Source of the DNA: an uncultured cyanobacterium
GTDB taxonomy: Bacteria; Cyanobacteriota; Cyanobacteriia; Cyanobacteriales; Cyanobacteriaceae
Direction: 5' to 3'
Assembly: GCA_963749915.1 (NCBI GenBank)
Contig: CAVVOP010000013.1
Span: forward strand, 1-23,645
DNA: 23,645 nt
Below are positions 1 to 9,797 of the stretch, in pieces; the stretch's first letter is position 1; every line of letters begins with the position of its first letter. The position numbers were made by a program, and so were the translations under genes. A model generated the notes under the pieces. It worked only from the letters and a program-made list of their open reading frames with translations, was not told the origin of the DNA and did no database searches.

Positions 1-57
1 ATTCATAATTCCCCCATCATTCATAATTCCCCCCTCATTCATAATTCCCCCATCATT
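1..57. repeat. 18-bp tandem repeat ATTCATAATTCCCCC(A/C)TC x3
   Basis: Units at 1-18, 19-36 and 37-54, differing at one base; the array may continue beyond the window edge. Confidence 0.85.
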
Positions 58-633
58 AATCTGTCCTTCCCCCGTCCTCAACTGCCATGATTATTTGACT
101 GAGAGGGCTATCGCTTCCAGTGTATTAATTGCTAATTTGAAGGATCAAATTACGAAAATAGGAGAACATATAAACTATTTAGAGGAGAAGATTCGATATT
201 ATCAATTATGAAATTGGACTAATTTTATTACTTTAGAACCAGTGAAGTTAATTCAGAATCTTTTTGGTGGTGGTGATGTGCAAAGAAATCAATTAACTAT
301 TACTGATATTGAGGTCAAAATAAACAGTTTAAAAGCCAATAAAAATAGTTTGGAAAATCAATTAATTGTTGAGAAAGATAAGGTTAAAAATGAGGTTGCG
401 ATTCCTCATTAAACATTGAAGAAAGTAGAGAAAGGATTAAATTAATTAATCAGAAAAAGAAAAAAGTTAATTTACAGTCTCAAGTATTTTTCATTAAATA
501 TAGTAATGGAGAAGGAACGACAAATCAGTATTTAAACTATCAGGAAAATATCGATAAACTTGATTTTGATTTACTTCAAGCTACTAATGATTATCGGCAA
601 AATTTATCTAAATTGATGTTGTTAGTTGAGTAG
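1..633 (+). pseudogene. 3' part of a frameshifted coiled-coil hypothetical plasmid protein
   Basis: Manual translation gives ...NWTNFITLEPVKLIQNLFGGGDVQRNQLTITDIEVKINSLK... and ...YLNYQENIDKLDFDLLQATNDYRQNLSKLMLLVE* in changing frames; stop at 631-633. Confidence 0.5.
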
Positions 634-830
634 GCCTAAACATAGGGTTCTTGTAACGAGGGGCAGCGTGCAAAAGCTAGATAAAAAGGGCTGAAACCAT
701 TATTATTTCCTTGCTTCCCCGTAAAATACAAAATTAATACAAGAGAAAAAAGTCAAAGGCTGAAACACTTATAAATAAAGAGTTTTAACTTCAAGTTGCA
801 CGCTTGTTGCACCGAGCCTATGTTTAGGTC
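633..830. mobile_element. 198-bp MITE with terminal inverted repeats and 5-bp target duplication
   Basis: Left end GGCCTAAACATAGG, right end reverse complement GACCTAAACATAGG (13/14). Inner AGCGTGCAA/TTGCACGCT pair. GAGTA on both sides (628-632, 831-835). No ORF. Confidence 0.8.
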
Positions 831-916
831 GAGTAAAAGAACATGCAGAAAATGGATTGAGATGAGAGAAGATACATTTTTACCTTCTTCATTAGTATAT
901 CCACTAAAACCTAGAA

Positions 917-1002
917 ACCTAACGGTTGAGTTCAGCGGCGGCTATTAACCTTTTTATCCTAGCCAACCGTCTTTATTCCGCCGCTGCAACGATTTGTTAT
1001 GC
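917..1002 (-). other. Integron attC recombination site
   Basis: Minus strand reads GCATAAC-AAATC-GTTGCAGC-GGCGG...CCGCC-GCTGAAC-TCAACC-GTTAGGT, the R''-L''...L'-R' layout with an extra base in L''. It lies about 24 nt after the stop of the RM gene. Confidence 0.85.
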
Positions 1003-1025
1003 CCTAATGCCTGATTTAACTATGC

Positions 1026-3683
1026 TCAAGATAAATCTTGGCCCACTATGACGTTATCGTTATCACCTTGTTGGGCTATATTCTTCTTCAGCAATCCCGC
1101 CATTTCTGCTGACATTAATTTAAGGGATATTTCTATATTTTCTTTTGCTTTCACCATATCTCTGGCTGCATTTATAATATTTTCTACAAGCTTCCAGTCA
1201 TCTGGAATTGGAATTAAAATCGAGGATATATGCTTCGGTTCCAGATGTTGTTGAACAGAACCATACTCGTTTCTGATCATCTGATCATATCCTGCAAACG
1301 ACTGTAAATATGCGTATACGTAAAGGCGCAACTTTTCATCAGAAATTCTTACACCAATCATATCGTCAGAGACAATCACTCCTACGAGCTTTTTAGTTGC
1401 ATAGGCTACACGTCCAATTGTCCCAGATCGCGTAACTAAAATATCTCCATGATTGACCCTTAAAGCCTTGATTGTACGAAGTTGATTTGTAGATGCTCGT
1501 GATATATCGATTGGCTTAGCACTCTCAGATTTTTCTTGTAGCACAGCCATTGGTGGATAGTAGAGTTCTGATCCCCTTGAAGCATCATCAACGACCAAAT
1601 TTTCTGTCTTAATTCTTGGCCCTTTAAAGATTGCAACATCCTTTGATATTTGTCCAAGAGTTGATACAGTCCATCCGTCAATACCATCTATCTCTTCAAT
1701 TCCTTTAATTGTCCTGTTTAAGTTAGGAAGATAGAATTGAGGGTTTATACACAAAGTTTCACTTAGATTTGTTCGCTCAACGGAAAATCTATATTCTGAC
1801 TCCTTCAGAGTATTTTTTTCAAAATCTCTATAATCAGATAATATTTCGTTCAAATCATGATTGATAATATCTGTCTCTGTATTCTTATCATCGCGCTTAA
1901 ATATTGGAATACCTTCGCTATCTTGTCCAACTTTTTTAGAAACTCCCATAAAAATAGAATAATTTGTGCTAATTTTCTCCCCCTCTTTTGGGCGATAAAT
2001 AAATACCAAGCAAGTTCTTACACCCGTATGTGGTTGAAAGGTGTTTTTATGGCAATTTACAACTGCTAAAAGTTTGTATCCATTGAACAATTGCTTTCGT
2101 GCGGGATAATAAGTTGTTGTGTCTAAAAAACTTTTTGGCATTACTATCCCAATTTTTCCACCAGGTGATATCCATTTAAGGCAACGCTCAAAGAACAGCA
2201 TTTCAGGTGGAACTCCATCATCTATAATTTGTGAAGTAAACTCAAACTTACCTTCCACGTTCTGTCCACTTCATCCCACAAGAGTAATTGTCTAGTATTT
2301 TCTTGTCAGTGATCCTACCTTCACCAACTCCACCAAAAGGGGGATTAGTAAGTATTATTGTAGGCTTACCTTCACCAGCACGAGCTATCACATGATCGTC
2401 AAGTTTAGCAAAAAGCCCAAGACTATCTCCTTGCGTCATGCCTGCGTGACCATCGCCATTTAAAATCATTGCAGTTTTTGCAATTTTCACCAACCGCTTG
2501 AGCTTTGCTCAATTATAAACAAATTTGTTCTATGTTTATCTAATGCGCGCTCTTTTGATATTTTTGTTCCAGTACCTGTAAGAATATTCTTTCGGATAAA
2601 GCGCATAGCAACTGTAAGAAATCCACCTGATCCACCCGCAGGATCAAGAATAATATCCCTATAATCAGGGTTTAAGATGGCTACCATCAAGTCAATTACT
2701 GGACGATTGGTAAAAAATTGCCCCTGTTGCCGCTTTAGATATGAAGCTGTATATTGCTCGTATGCGCTTCCCATTATGTCCCAATCATCGGAGTCATGGA
2801 GATTGCTTAACAACCTAAAACTTTGCAGTTCATTCACCACGTCACAAATAGCACGCTCCCCAACAGTAATTCGCTCAGTTTCACTAAATACCAATGGATT
2901 GGTAGAAACTGCTTCCTTAAACAAGTTTTGAACTCTCAGAGCTACAGATTTACGTCCTGCATCACTACCATACTCTTCTGGAGTGCAATAAATATCAGGC
3001 ATCTCTTCAGACTTCTCCTCATCTATTGCTTTGGCAAGAATCCGACGAATCATATCCATTGTTAAATCATCCTCATCACCATCAATCCCTCTACCATGCA
3101 ATTTGTTATGGCAACGACGAAGTAATCCTTTTATGTCTTTGGGTCTTAATAAATCTGACTTATTTCTGCGCCTAGTCCAATCCCATACCTCCCCGTTACG
3201 AGGTAGCCCTGTCCAATCGATTAGAATGTTTGAAGGGTTACTAAGTCTACGAAAATACTTAACATTGTCACCGTTGAACCATGCTGCACCATTTGAACTA
3301 GTATTGAAAATATATGAAACTAATTGGTTATAACCATTTGTTTCGCTAGGAGCCTTGCACTCTACAATTATGTCAATCTGACCTTGGTTTCTTTCCTTAC
3401 AGGCTTTGGGGTTATTGTAAACTACAATATCTGCTCTTACTGGGTTTCCTTCTTTGTCTTTTACTTCACTTCTTCCGTAGTAAATTGGAACTGTACGAGG
3501 ACGAACACTTTTAGGGTAATTATATTCGTAGTGAAGTGTTCTCAAGTACAGTTGCCTAACATATTCCTCAGGTTTTGGTTCAAGTTCAATAATTGAAAGA
3601 AAGTCAACAATCTTTCCATTTTCGTTTAGCGGTATATCAAATGAATTCTGAGGATTGCCCATTTTCAAGTTTAGTGTTTCCAA
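1026..3683 (-). pseudogene. Fused restriction endonuclease / N6-adenine methyltransferase / specificity-domain protein (type IIG/IIB-like), split into three ORFs by two frameshifts (~2490, ~2255)
   Basis: N-terminal HsdR_N-like PD-(D/E)xK (PEEYVRQ...RADIVVY...IIVECK); GQFFT; motif I ILDPAGGSGGF; motif IV NPPF in 2248-2493; HsdS-like C-terminus (GDILVTRSGTIG, GSVQQHLEPKHISSILIPIP). Confidence 0.85.
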
Positions 3684-4125
3684 CTAGTAAAGTTTTTATG
3701 CCTAAATTCTAGGGTCTCGCCATAATTAAGTTAAGAGGTGCAGGACTAACCCAACATAAATATATACAATCTATGACATCTACAACCAACTATCTTGCTT
3801 ACCCAATCTTGGCGAAAACAGATAGCTTCAGGAGAGGGATCACTTTTCAGCATAACTATTTATTATAATGAAACTTTCTGGATAACATACCAAATAGTTA
3901 TATTATCAAGAAATATTCTGTATATCAGATTATGGTTAAAATCTACCAAAAAATTTCTTATAAATTTATTTTATTCAATATAAGTATAAGTAAAAAACCA
4001 TTACCGAGATATTTTTCTTAATATAAATATATATTACCCATACATTTTTTAATATTACCTATAAATCTTTTTCTCTAAAAACACTATAATTACTTAATAA
4101 ATTTTAACAATTTCTGTGTGAGGAA

Positions 4126-4352
4126 ATGTCAAACTTAATATTCATCGAAGCTCGTGGTGGGTTAACTACGGGTGAAACGCTTTTAGAGTTAATTAATCAA
4201 TATCCGCAAGGCTGTACTATAAAACATCTCAGTAAAGCTATTAACCGCCCTGTTAGTCAATGATTAACTTATCCCTCAAGGCATTGATTAGTAACAAACA
4301 GGTTAAGGTAAAGCTGATGGGAATGCAGAGATTGATTTATCCTAGAGTTTAG
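4126..4352 (+). pseudogene. Small winged-helix DNA-binding protein, frameshifted
   Basis: GAGG then ATG 4126: MSNLIFIEARGGLTTGETLLELINQYPQGCTIKHLSKAINRPVS, continuing in another frame as MINLSLKALISNKQVKVKLMGMQRLIYPRV*. Confidence 0.55.
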
Positions 4353-4366
4353 TTTTATCTGAAGTC

Positions 4367-4624
4367 TTAAATATCTCCTTTATAACTCGATGACCAACCA
4401 AATAATTTTCGTAGGCGTTGAGAAGGATTAAATTTAAACACTGTACTATCCCTTTTTCCTTCAATATAAAATGTTCCAAAATTTCTTAAATTGACACTTT
4501 CTTTATCTTTTAAACAATCATATATTTCTTCTAAGGTGGCATTAACAATTTTTTCGACAATCTCATCTTTTTGATTAATTTTTTCAGCAATACGTTTTAC
4601 TAATTCTTTCTGATTAATAGACAT
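4367..4624 (-). CDS. HU/IHF-family DNA-binding protein with shortened beta-arm
   Basis: INQKELVKRIAEK...V.LRNFGTF...FKFNPSQRLR matches the HU body; the RNPxTG arm is absent. Confidence 0.8.
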   Translation of the reverse strand: MSINQKELVKRIAEKINQKDEIVEKIVNATLEEIYDCLKDKESVNLRNFGTFYIEGKRDSTVFKFNPSQRLRKLFGWSSSYKGDI

Positions 4625-5193
4625 TTTATTTCTGTGGAGTCTCCATAAAACCTAAATGTTTCTAAATATCGATGACGAATCGAACCACAATTAACATTTT
4701 CCTCGACTTCAATACTTATAGTCGGAGATAACAAACTATAAGCTACTCTCCATTGACTATTCCCGACTAATACACCAGCCGTTTTCGGATTGAGTTTAAT
4801 GACTTCACCAAACAGTTCATTTCCTTGTTTATCTTTGAAACAAACGTGGTCACCAACTTTAATATGATTTTTGTTAGTTTTTTGTTTCGCTTTAAGATTA
4901 ATGTCAATATCTAAATTATCGATATTTATACAACAATAAGGAATATTCCATTGACCTCCATCATGTTGATTCTCAATCAAAACTTTCGTTGTTTTTAGTT
5001 GAATGATAGTAGCTTTGATTAAACGATTTTCTGTTAGATCAAAATAGCTAATTAATTGACCTACTTTGAGATGATTTTTAATTAAACTTAACCTAATAGG
5101 ATCATTTAATTGTTGATGAATAGCCACATTTAATCTATATAAGTCGAATAATGAGGCTTTATTTAACTCCGTTATTATTGCTGTATAATCCAT
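4600..5193 (-). CDS. Hypothetical protein with two SH3/KOW-like repeats
   Basis: Likely ATG at 5193 (MDYTAII). Repeated LKVGQLISY...W.IPY and IKVGDHVCF...WRVAY segments. Confidence 0.7.
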   Translation of the reverse strand: MDYTAIITELNKASLFDLYRLNVAIHQQLNDPIRLSLIKNHLKVGQLISYFDLTENRLIKATIIQLKTTKVLIENQHDGGQWNIPYCCINIDNLDIDINLKAKQKTNKNHIKVGDHVCFKDKQGNELFGEVIKLNPKTAGVLVGNSQWRVAYSLLSPTISIEVEENVNCGSIRHRYLETFRFYGDSTEIKCLLIRKN

Positions 5194-5206
5194 ATTTCTC
5201 AAATAT

Positions 5207-5463
5207 CTAAATATTAAGAGATAACTGACCAATAAGGATATTACCTTTACCGCCTTGATGATATTGGAGATGACAGGTATTGCATAAAGCTACTAAATTC
5301 TCTACTCTGTTATCTTCTGGTATTCTGTTCCAGTGGTGTACTTGCAGACAGTTACCCCTAGTTGATTTTCCTTAAAGTCTGCACCGCAGTTACTACACTT
5401 CCAGTTTGTCTTCTCTTTAACTGTTGTGGCTATCTCCTGCCAATCTTTACTATATCTGCTCAT
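5207..5463 (-). pseudogene. HNH endonuclease, one frameshift
   Basis: MSRYSKDWQEIATTVKEKTNWKCSNCG... then LQVHHWNRIPEDNRVENLVALCNTCHLQYH...GQLSLNI*; CxxC, HH-N-H and CxxCH motifs. Absent from the ORF track. Confidence 0.8.
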
Positions 5464-5522
5464 AAATCACCCTAACTCTCTCAGTCCATTGTAGGGCTTA
5501 TTTCTTACGAATTTAATAGAAT

Positions 5523-5609
5523 TGCGTCTCAATCGCCGTTGCTGTCCGTCTCGGTGGGGATTCTGTTTGTGGCTTTGTCTGGGTTGTTTCCGTCACCGTT
5601 GTCCGTTAA
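5523..5609 (+). pseudogene. 3' remnant of an adenine-depleted gene paralogous to 15519-15803
   Basis: Translates CVSIAVAVRLGGDSVCGFVWVVSVTVVR*, matching SAVAVRSCPAVAGCWVVSVPVV. Only two A in 5533-5606. A T-run follows at 5628-5635. Confidence 0.65.
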
Positions 5610-5943
5610 GTGTTTCTCGTTGGGGGCTTTTTTTTATCTTTCTAATAAGTGTATTAAACTTTACATTACTGGTAAAATACTTTAATTTTGGTTCTAGTAC
5701 TTTACTTAGTAAATTATTTTACAACTACTCTTAAATACACTTAGTAAAACACCAATATTTGAATAATCACAAATCCTTATTCTAAAAGACATAAAGCCTC
5801 ATATCTTCTCTTAAAGTACATATCTACTAAATCAATTAAAAGGCTAGATTAAATTGCTTATAAAAAACTTAATAATTCATTTTCGTACTTTCGCAGTTTT
5901 CATGGATAAAATGAAAAAGTATGAAAATTGACGAGATCATATT

Positions 5944-6540
5944 ATGAATGACATAGAAAATAAAAATACAATAGAAATAATCGAAATAAGTGCGGAAACA
6001 CATAAACGTATTACGGAAGTGACCGAAATAATCGGAGTCAAAAATACAACTCTTTACAAAGATTTAGAGTTTTTAAAAATTAGCACAATTAAAGATAATG
6101 AGAATCTTTCTTGGATTAGTAATGAAGATTTCGAGAGACTTTTGCTATTAAGGAAGTATATAGAAATTAATGGTCGTAGAACAGGATTTGATGAGAAAAA
6201 AATGGGTGAATTAGTAACTGTAGAAAATAATAAAATTACTAATAATAGTAATAATGGAAATGGTCAAATAAGTAATCAAGAAATCTATGTTACTCCTGAA
6301 GATCCCAAGGATAATATGGATTTAGATAATATTGTGAGAAAGGGTGCTGAATTAAAGGCTCGTGAAATTGCTATGCCTCATTTAGTTGTCAGGGCGATCG
6401 CTGATAAATTGGAAGAACATGAGTTACCTGAAGATTTACAGGAAAAGATTGAGGATGCGAGGGAAGCAAGTAACCCAAAGTTTACGCCGTCGGAGGTGGC
6501 GGATTCAATCTTGATGAGTTATCGCCAAAACTTAGCTTAA
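5944..6540 (+). CDS. Hypothetical plasmid protein, possible N-terminal HTH
   Basis: Intact 198-aa ORF; ITEVTEIIGVKNTTLYKDLEFL is HTH-like; contains a HIP1 site. Confidence 0.7.
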   Translation: MNDIENKNTIEIIEISAETHKRITEVTEIIGVKNTTLYKDLEFLKISTIKDNENLSWISNEDFERLLLLRKYIEINGRRTGFDEKKMGELVTVENNKITNNSNNGNGQISNQEIYVTPEDPKDNMDLDNIVRKGAELKAREIAMPHLVVRAIADKLEEHELPEDLQEKIEDAREASNPKFTPSEVADSILMSYRQNLA

Positions 6541-7353
6541 ATGATGACCAGTTAAACAAGATAGTTCAAATACTTAAAAATAGAACTAGTTTAATTATTA
6601 TTGCGGAAACGGGAAGTACTGAATACCTACCAGAATATTTATTCTGTTCTTTGGCTGATTATTACTCCTGTGCGATCGCCACCTATAAAGGCAGTGCTAA
6701 AAAGTTTATTGAAAAGGTAGCGTTTGATTTAAGCATTGATACCACAGAGCCTAAATTTAACAATAAGGGTGATTGTACTGGTGAGCGACGACTTACTGTG
6801 GATGAACTGAAGGAGGCGATCGCCGAATCATGTGATGAAGATACTACGATAATTATTCCTTTTGCTAATCGTTTACCAACGTCAATTAGATATTGGTTGG
6901 AGGATTTGATGAATATAGGGGTAACTATTTGTGCGATCGCTAACAATAATCCTTGTAAAGATATTTTCCTAGAAATGCTGGAGACTGGAGTTAGATTTAC
7001 CCAAGGATAAGCAGATTCGGGAAATAATGAAGGATGAAGCCCAGAGGTTGGGGTTGAGTTTGAGCGATCGCAAATTAGCTGAGTTACAATCTTATGTAGG
7101 TAAGAATCCGATGTTAGCCCGTAAAGCTATTCAGAATGAGTATCTGGGACTGAATAAACAAAATCCTCAGCATACCCAATATGTGGTGATTATGCCGATA
7201 ATTATTGCTATTTTGATGGGTTTTGGCATCGTTAGATTTATCGGTCTGGGAACAGGGAATAAGTCACTTTATATCTTTGGTGGTGTCACACTTGTGGCAG
7301 GAATGACTTTAAGGCAGTTAGGTAAAGTTTCAGGAGCGAGGAGGAAACTATAG
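6474..7353 (+). pseudogene. Degenerate P-loop ATPase-like protein with C-terminal membrane helices, frameshift near 6984
   Basis: Frame open from 6474 with no ATG. IIIAETGSTEY resembles an eroded Walker A. Removing one base joins IFLEMLE to LELDLPKDKQIREIMKDEAQ. Two hydrophobic segments at the C-terminus. Confidence 0.55.
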
Positions 7354-7403
7354 GATAATATCTTTATAAATAAATAGTGGCTTAAGAGGAGTTTATTTTG
7401 TTG

Positions 7404-7817
7404 ATGAAAAAGCAGAATTGGATTACTGATCCTTCAGTTATTGGGGTTTGAGTAGCAACGGCGTAAGAAACAACGTTAAGGACTTTTAGCCGAGCCAAAT
7501 TAACGAATTTAGTAGGGTTTTAGCCTTCAAAATCTTATTCAGATTTATAGATTACCTGCTCAATTAGTAAATATGTACGCAATCAAAATTCTTACTATGA
7601 CTGAGTTTCAGGCTTAGCGTTGTTTTCTGTTCACTTGCTACTCAAACCCCTTATTACGGAATTAGTTAGATTCGATTCTCAAGGAACAGCGACGGTAGTT
7701 GCTGATATAGAATATGGTAATTTTCTTTCTGCTAATCTTACCCCTGGGAATTATGGCTTAAGTTTTTTTGTGGAAGGAGATTTAATTGATTATCAAGTAA
7801 ATGCTCAATTCCTCTGA
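7404..7817 (+). pseudogene. ~66-aa ORF interrupted by the Tn3-type MITE
   Basis: GAGGAG then ATG 7404. Removing 7443-7655 gives in-frame MKKQNWITDPSVI-TELVRFDSQG...VNAQFL*. Confidence 0.55.
7443..7650. mobile_element. 208-bp Tn3-family MITE
   Basis: 38-bp IRs GGGGTTTGAGTAGCAACGGCGTAAGAAACAACGTTAAG (7443-7480) and reverse complement GGGGTTTGAGTAGCAAGTGAACAGAAAACAACGCTAAG (7613-7650), the GGGG...ACG[C/T]TAAG Tn3 pattern. Perfect 5-bp TSD TTATT. Confidence 0.92.
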
Positions 7818-8121
7818 ACTTGATTAATTTCTACAGAGGATTATTGATTAGACTCCCACAAAAATTAGGTCTAACATTTTAGCCGTCGGGTTATTGTAAT
7901 CAACAATAGTAATTGATGCTAATAACGATTAATTAATAACAGATTGTGACAGAGATATATTTGTTAGCCATTTTGGGCAGAATTTATTTATAGACTAAAA
8001 TTCCCTGAAATTCGATTGAATTAAATGTTTGGTTTTTGAGGTCAATTTGCTACTTCCCTGAATAGTTACCAATAAAATCAAGAAAATTAACATCAAATGA
8101 ATAAAAATTAAAAAACATCAA

Positions 8122-8673
8122 ATGAATAAAAATTTGTTTATTATTGGTTTACTATTATCTAATGTCATGATTAATAGTCATCCAGTAACTGCACAACAGG
8201 AATTATGTCGAGACATTGGTTTTGTTGAAGCCTCAGAAACTTATCGCACTTTAGAACTTCCCCAGTTTGGCATTAATATTGATATACCTGAAAACTATAG
8301 AGCAATAGCCCGAAATGATGGTTCGATCGAAATTTTAGATCCGGGAAATTTTGAACTAATATCATGTATAGCAAGAGGAGGAAAGGTAGTTTCTGCTAGA
8401 GGGGGTGCTGGTGGTTTAACGATTCGCTTAGTCAAAAACCCAAGAAATTTACCACTTTTAACGCTACTTCGGCAAGAAAAGGTCTATTACAATAACTATT
8501 ATCGTTATAACTTAAGTGGAGTAGAAGTCGTAATTACGGATGCAGTGTATACTATTGAGGCATGGTTTTCCCCGCCTAAAATTAACGGTGTGGTTGTTAT
8601 GGATATTAGTTCCGATATTGAATTGAGTAAAGATGACATTATTGAGGAATTAGATAGAACTCATCTACGATGA
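8122..8673 (+). CDS. Exported hypothetical protein
   Basis: Intact 183-aa ORF with a signal-peptide-like N-terminus ending VTA-QQ. Confidence 0.75.
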   Translation: MNKNLFIIGLLLSNVMINSHPVTAQQELCRDIGFVEASETYRTLELPQFGINIDIPENYRAIARNDGSIEILDPGNFELISCIARGGKVVSARGGAGGLTIRLVKNPRNLPLLTLLRQEKVYYNNYYRYNLSGVEVVITDAVYTIEAWFSPPKINGVVVMDISSDIELSKDDIIEELDRTHLR

Positions 8674-8748
8674 TATGATAAATTTATTATTGAAAACCAA
8701 AGATTAGATAGTATTTAACTACAAATGTAGATATGAGAGATTCAATCA

Positions 8749-8908
8749 ATGGTAAATCTAAATCTTGGAGTCGGATTAACTCTCGTTGGTCATTATCAAA
8801 AGCAACCACAAGAGAATGAGGAGAGGGAATCTGGGTAATAACTCCTTCCAGTCCACCAAAATAATGATTATCTTTGATTCTGACGCGATCGCCAATGGAT
8901 AAGGGATT
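8749..8908 (-). repeat. Diverged duplicate of the KOW/SH3-like coding segment at 10124-10282
   Basis: NPLSIGDRVRIKDNHYFGGLEGVITQIPSPHSLVVAFDNDQRELIRLQDLDLP versus NPLSVGDRVKVKDNHYFGG..GVVTQIPSPHSLVVAFDNDQRELIRLEDLDLP. Confidence 0.85.
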
Positions 8909-9047
8909 GAGCCGAGATAAGTGTAAAAGAGTGCAAAATTTCAATGTTCTAATGGTAATATTAAATATCCTTGGGGACTTTAGAAATATTAATTTTTGCA
9001 TATTTAGTAATAGCTAATGTTATGAAAAAATTTTATAAAATTGTAAT

Positions 9048-9578
9048 ATGATACAAAATATAGTTCAAAATCATTTAAATATAATATATAAAATCTTAAA
9101 AATAAAACCTAAAAGATTCTTAAAATGTATTCCTGTAATTTTAGCTGTTGTTTTCTATTCAAATAAAGGTTTTGCAAAACCTTTATTTTCATTGCTAGGT
9201 ATAGGTCATGTTCATGCTTATTCAGGTTTGAATACACAACAAGCAACTATAATTACTACACCTATTTGGGAAGAACTTGAAAATTTGTGTGATAGAGGAG
9301 TTGGTGGTGGAAAAATTCATAATAGACAAGGATATGAAAAATGTCTTCAAGATTCTAAAAAACAACTACAATTAGGCAATCTAAAGAAAACAATTCGTGT
9401 TAATTGCTTGGCAATGTTAGTTCAATTTGAAGGTTATCCACCATCCTATATTGACAAAATACAAGGCGATGAAATAAGTAATCCCGAAGCACCTTTATAT
9501 AAAGCTTTTTGGATAGCTTGCCCATCACATTCGTATTCAAAAACTTTAGAATTTTTTAATCAATATATTGTTAATTAA
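9048..9578 (+). CDS. Hypothetical protein, probably exported, Cys-containing
   Basis: 176-aa ORF with basic then hydrophobic N-terminal stretch (CIPVILAVVFY) and four further Cys; start uncertain. Confidence 0.6.
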   Translation: MIQNIVQNHLNIIYKILKIKPKRFLKCIPVILAVVFYSNKGFAKPLFSLLGIGHVHAYSGLNTQQATIITTPIWEELENLCDRGVGGGKIHNRQGYEKCLQDSKKQLQLGNLKKTIRVNCLAMLVQFEGYPPSYIDKIQGDEISNPEAPLYKAFWIACPSHSYSKTLEFFNQYIVN

Positions 9579-9595
9579 ACAAAATATTCTTACAC

Positions 9596-9638
9596 GGCGA
9601 AAACATAGGGTTGGTGACACCAACCCTATGTTTTCGCC
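9596..9638. repeat. Perfect 43-bp palindrome
   Basis: GGCGAAAACATAGGGTTGGTG-A-CACCAACCCTATGTTTTCGCC, lying between convergent genes. Confidence 0.9.
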
Positions 9639-9797
9639 CACCCCGCATTTTTTCCAAACTAAGGGTTTGGCACAGAGGTGGTAGACATCTGTAAATTCTT
9701 GAATAGCTTTTTACATATTATGATTGTTTTCTAGAAAAATATACAGAATTATAGTTAATTGATTCGCTGCTTCAATAAGCTGACGATCGCAAAAGCG

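Noticed and set aside
1048..3596. Short + strand ORFs and the 1460-1687 ORF inside the RM gene
   Set aside because: Shadow frames of a well-supported gene with no motifs.
5522..5734. 70-aa Cys-rich ORF
   Set aside because: Alternative frame over the A-depleted remnant; it reads through a T-run into AT-rich intergenic DNA.
8089..8134. 21-bp direct repeat AACATCAAATGAATAAAAATT at a gene start
   Set aside because: Only two AT-rich copies; most simply a local slippage duplication.
9596..9638. Protelomerase (tel) site
   Set aside because: Odd-centred palindrome and no protelomerase gene in the window; retained only as an unexplained palindrome.
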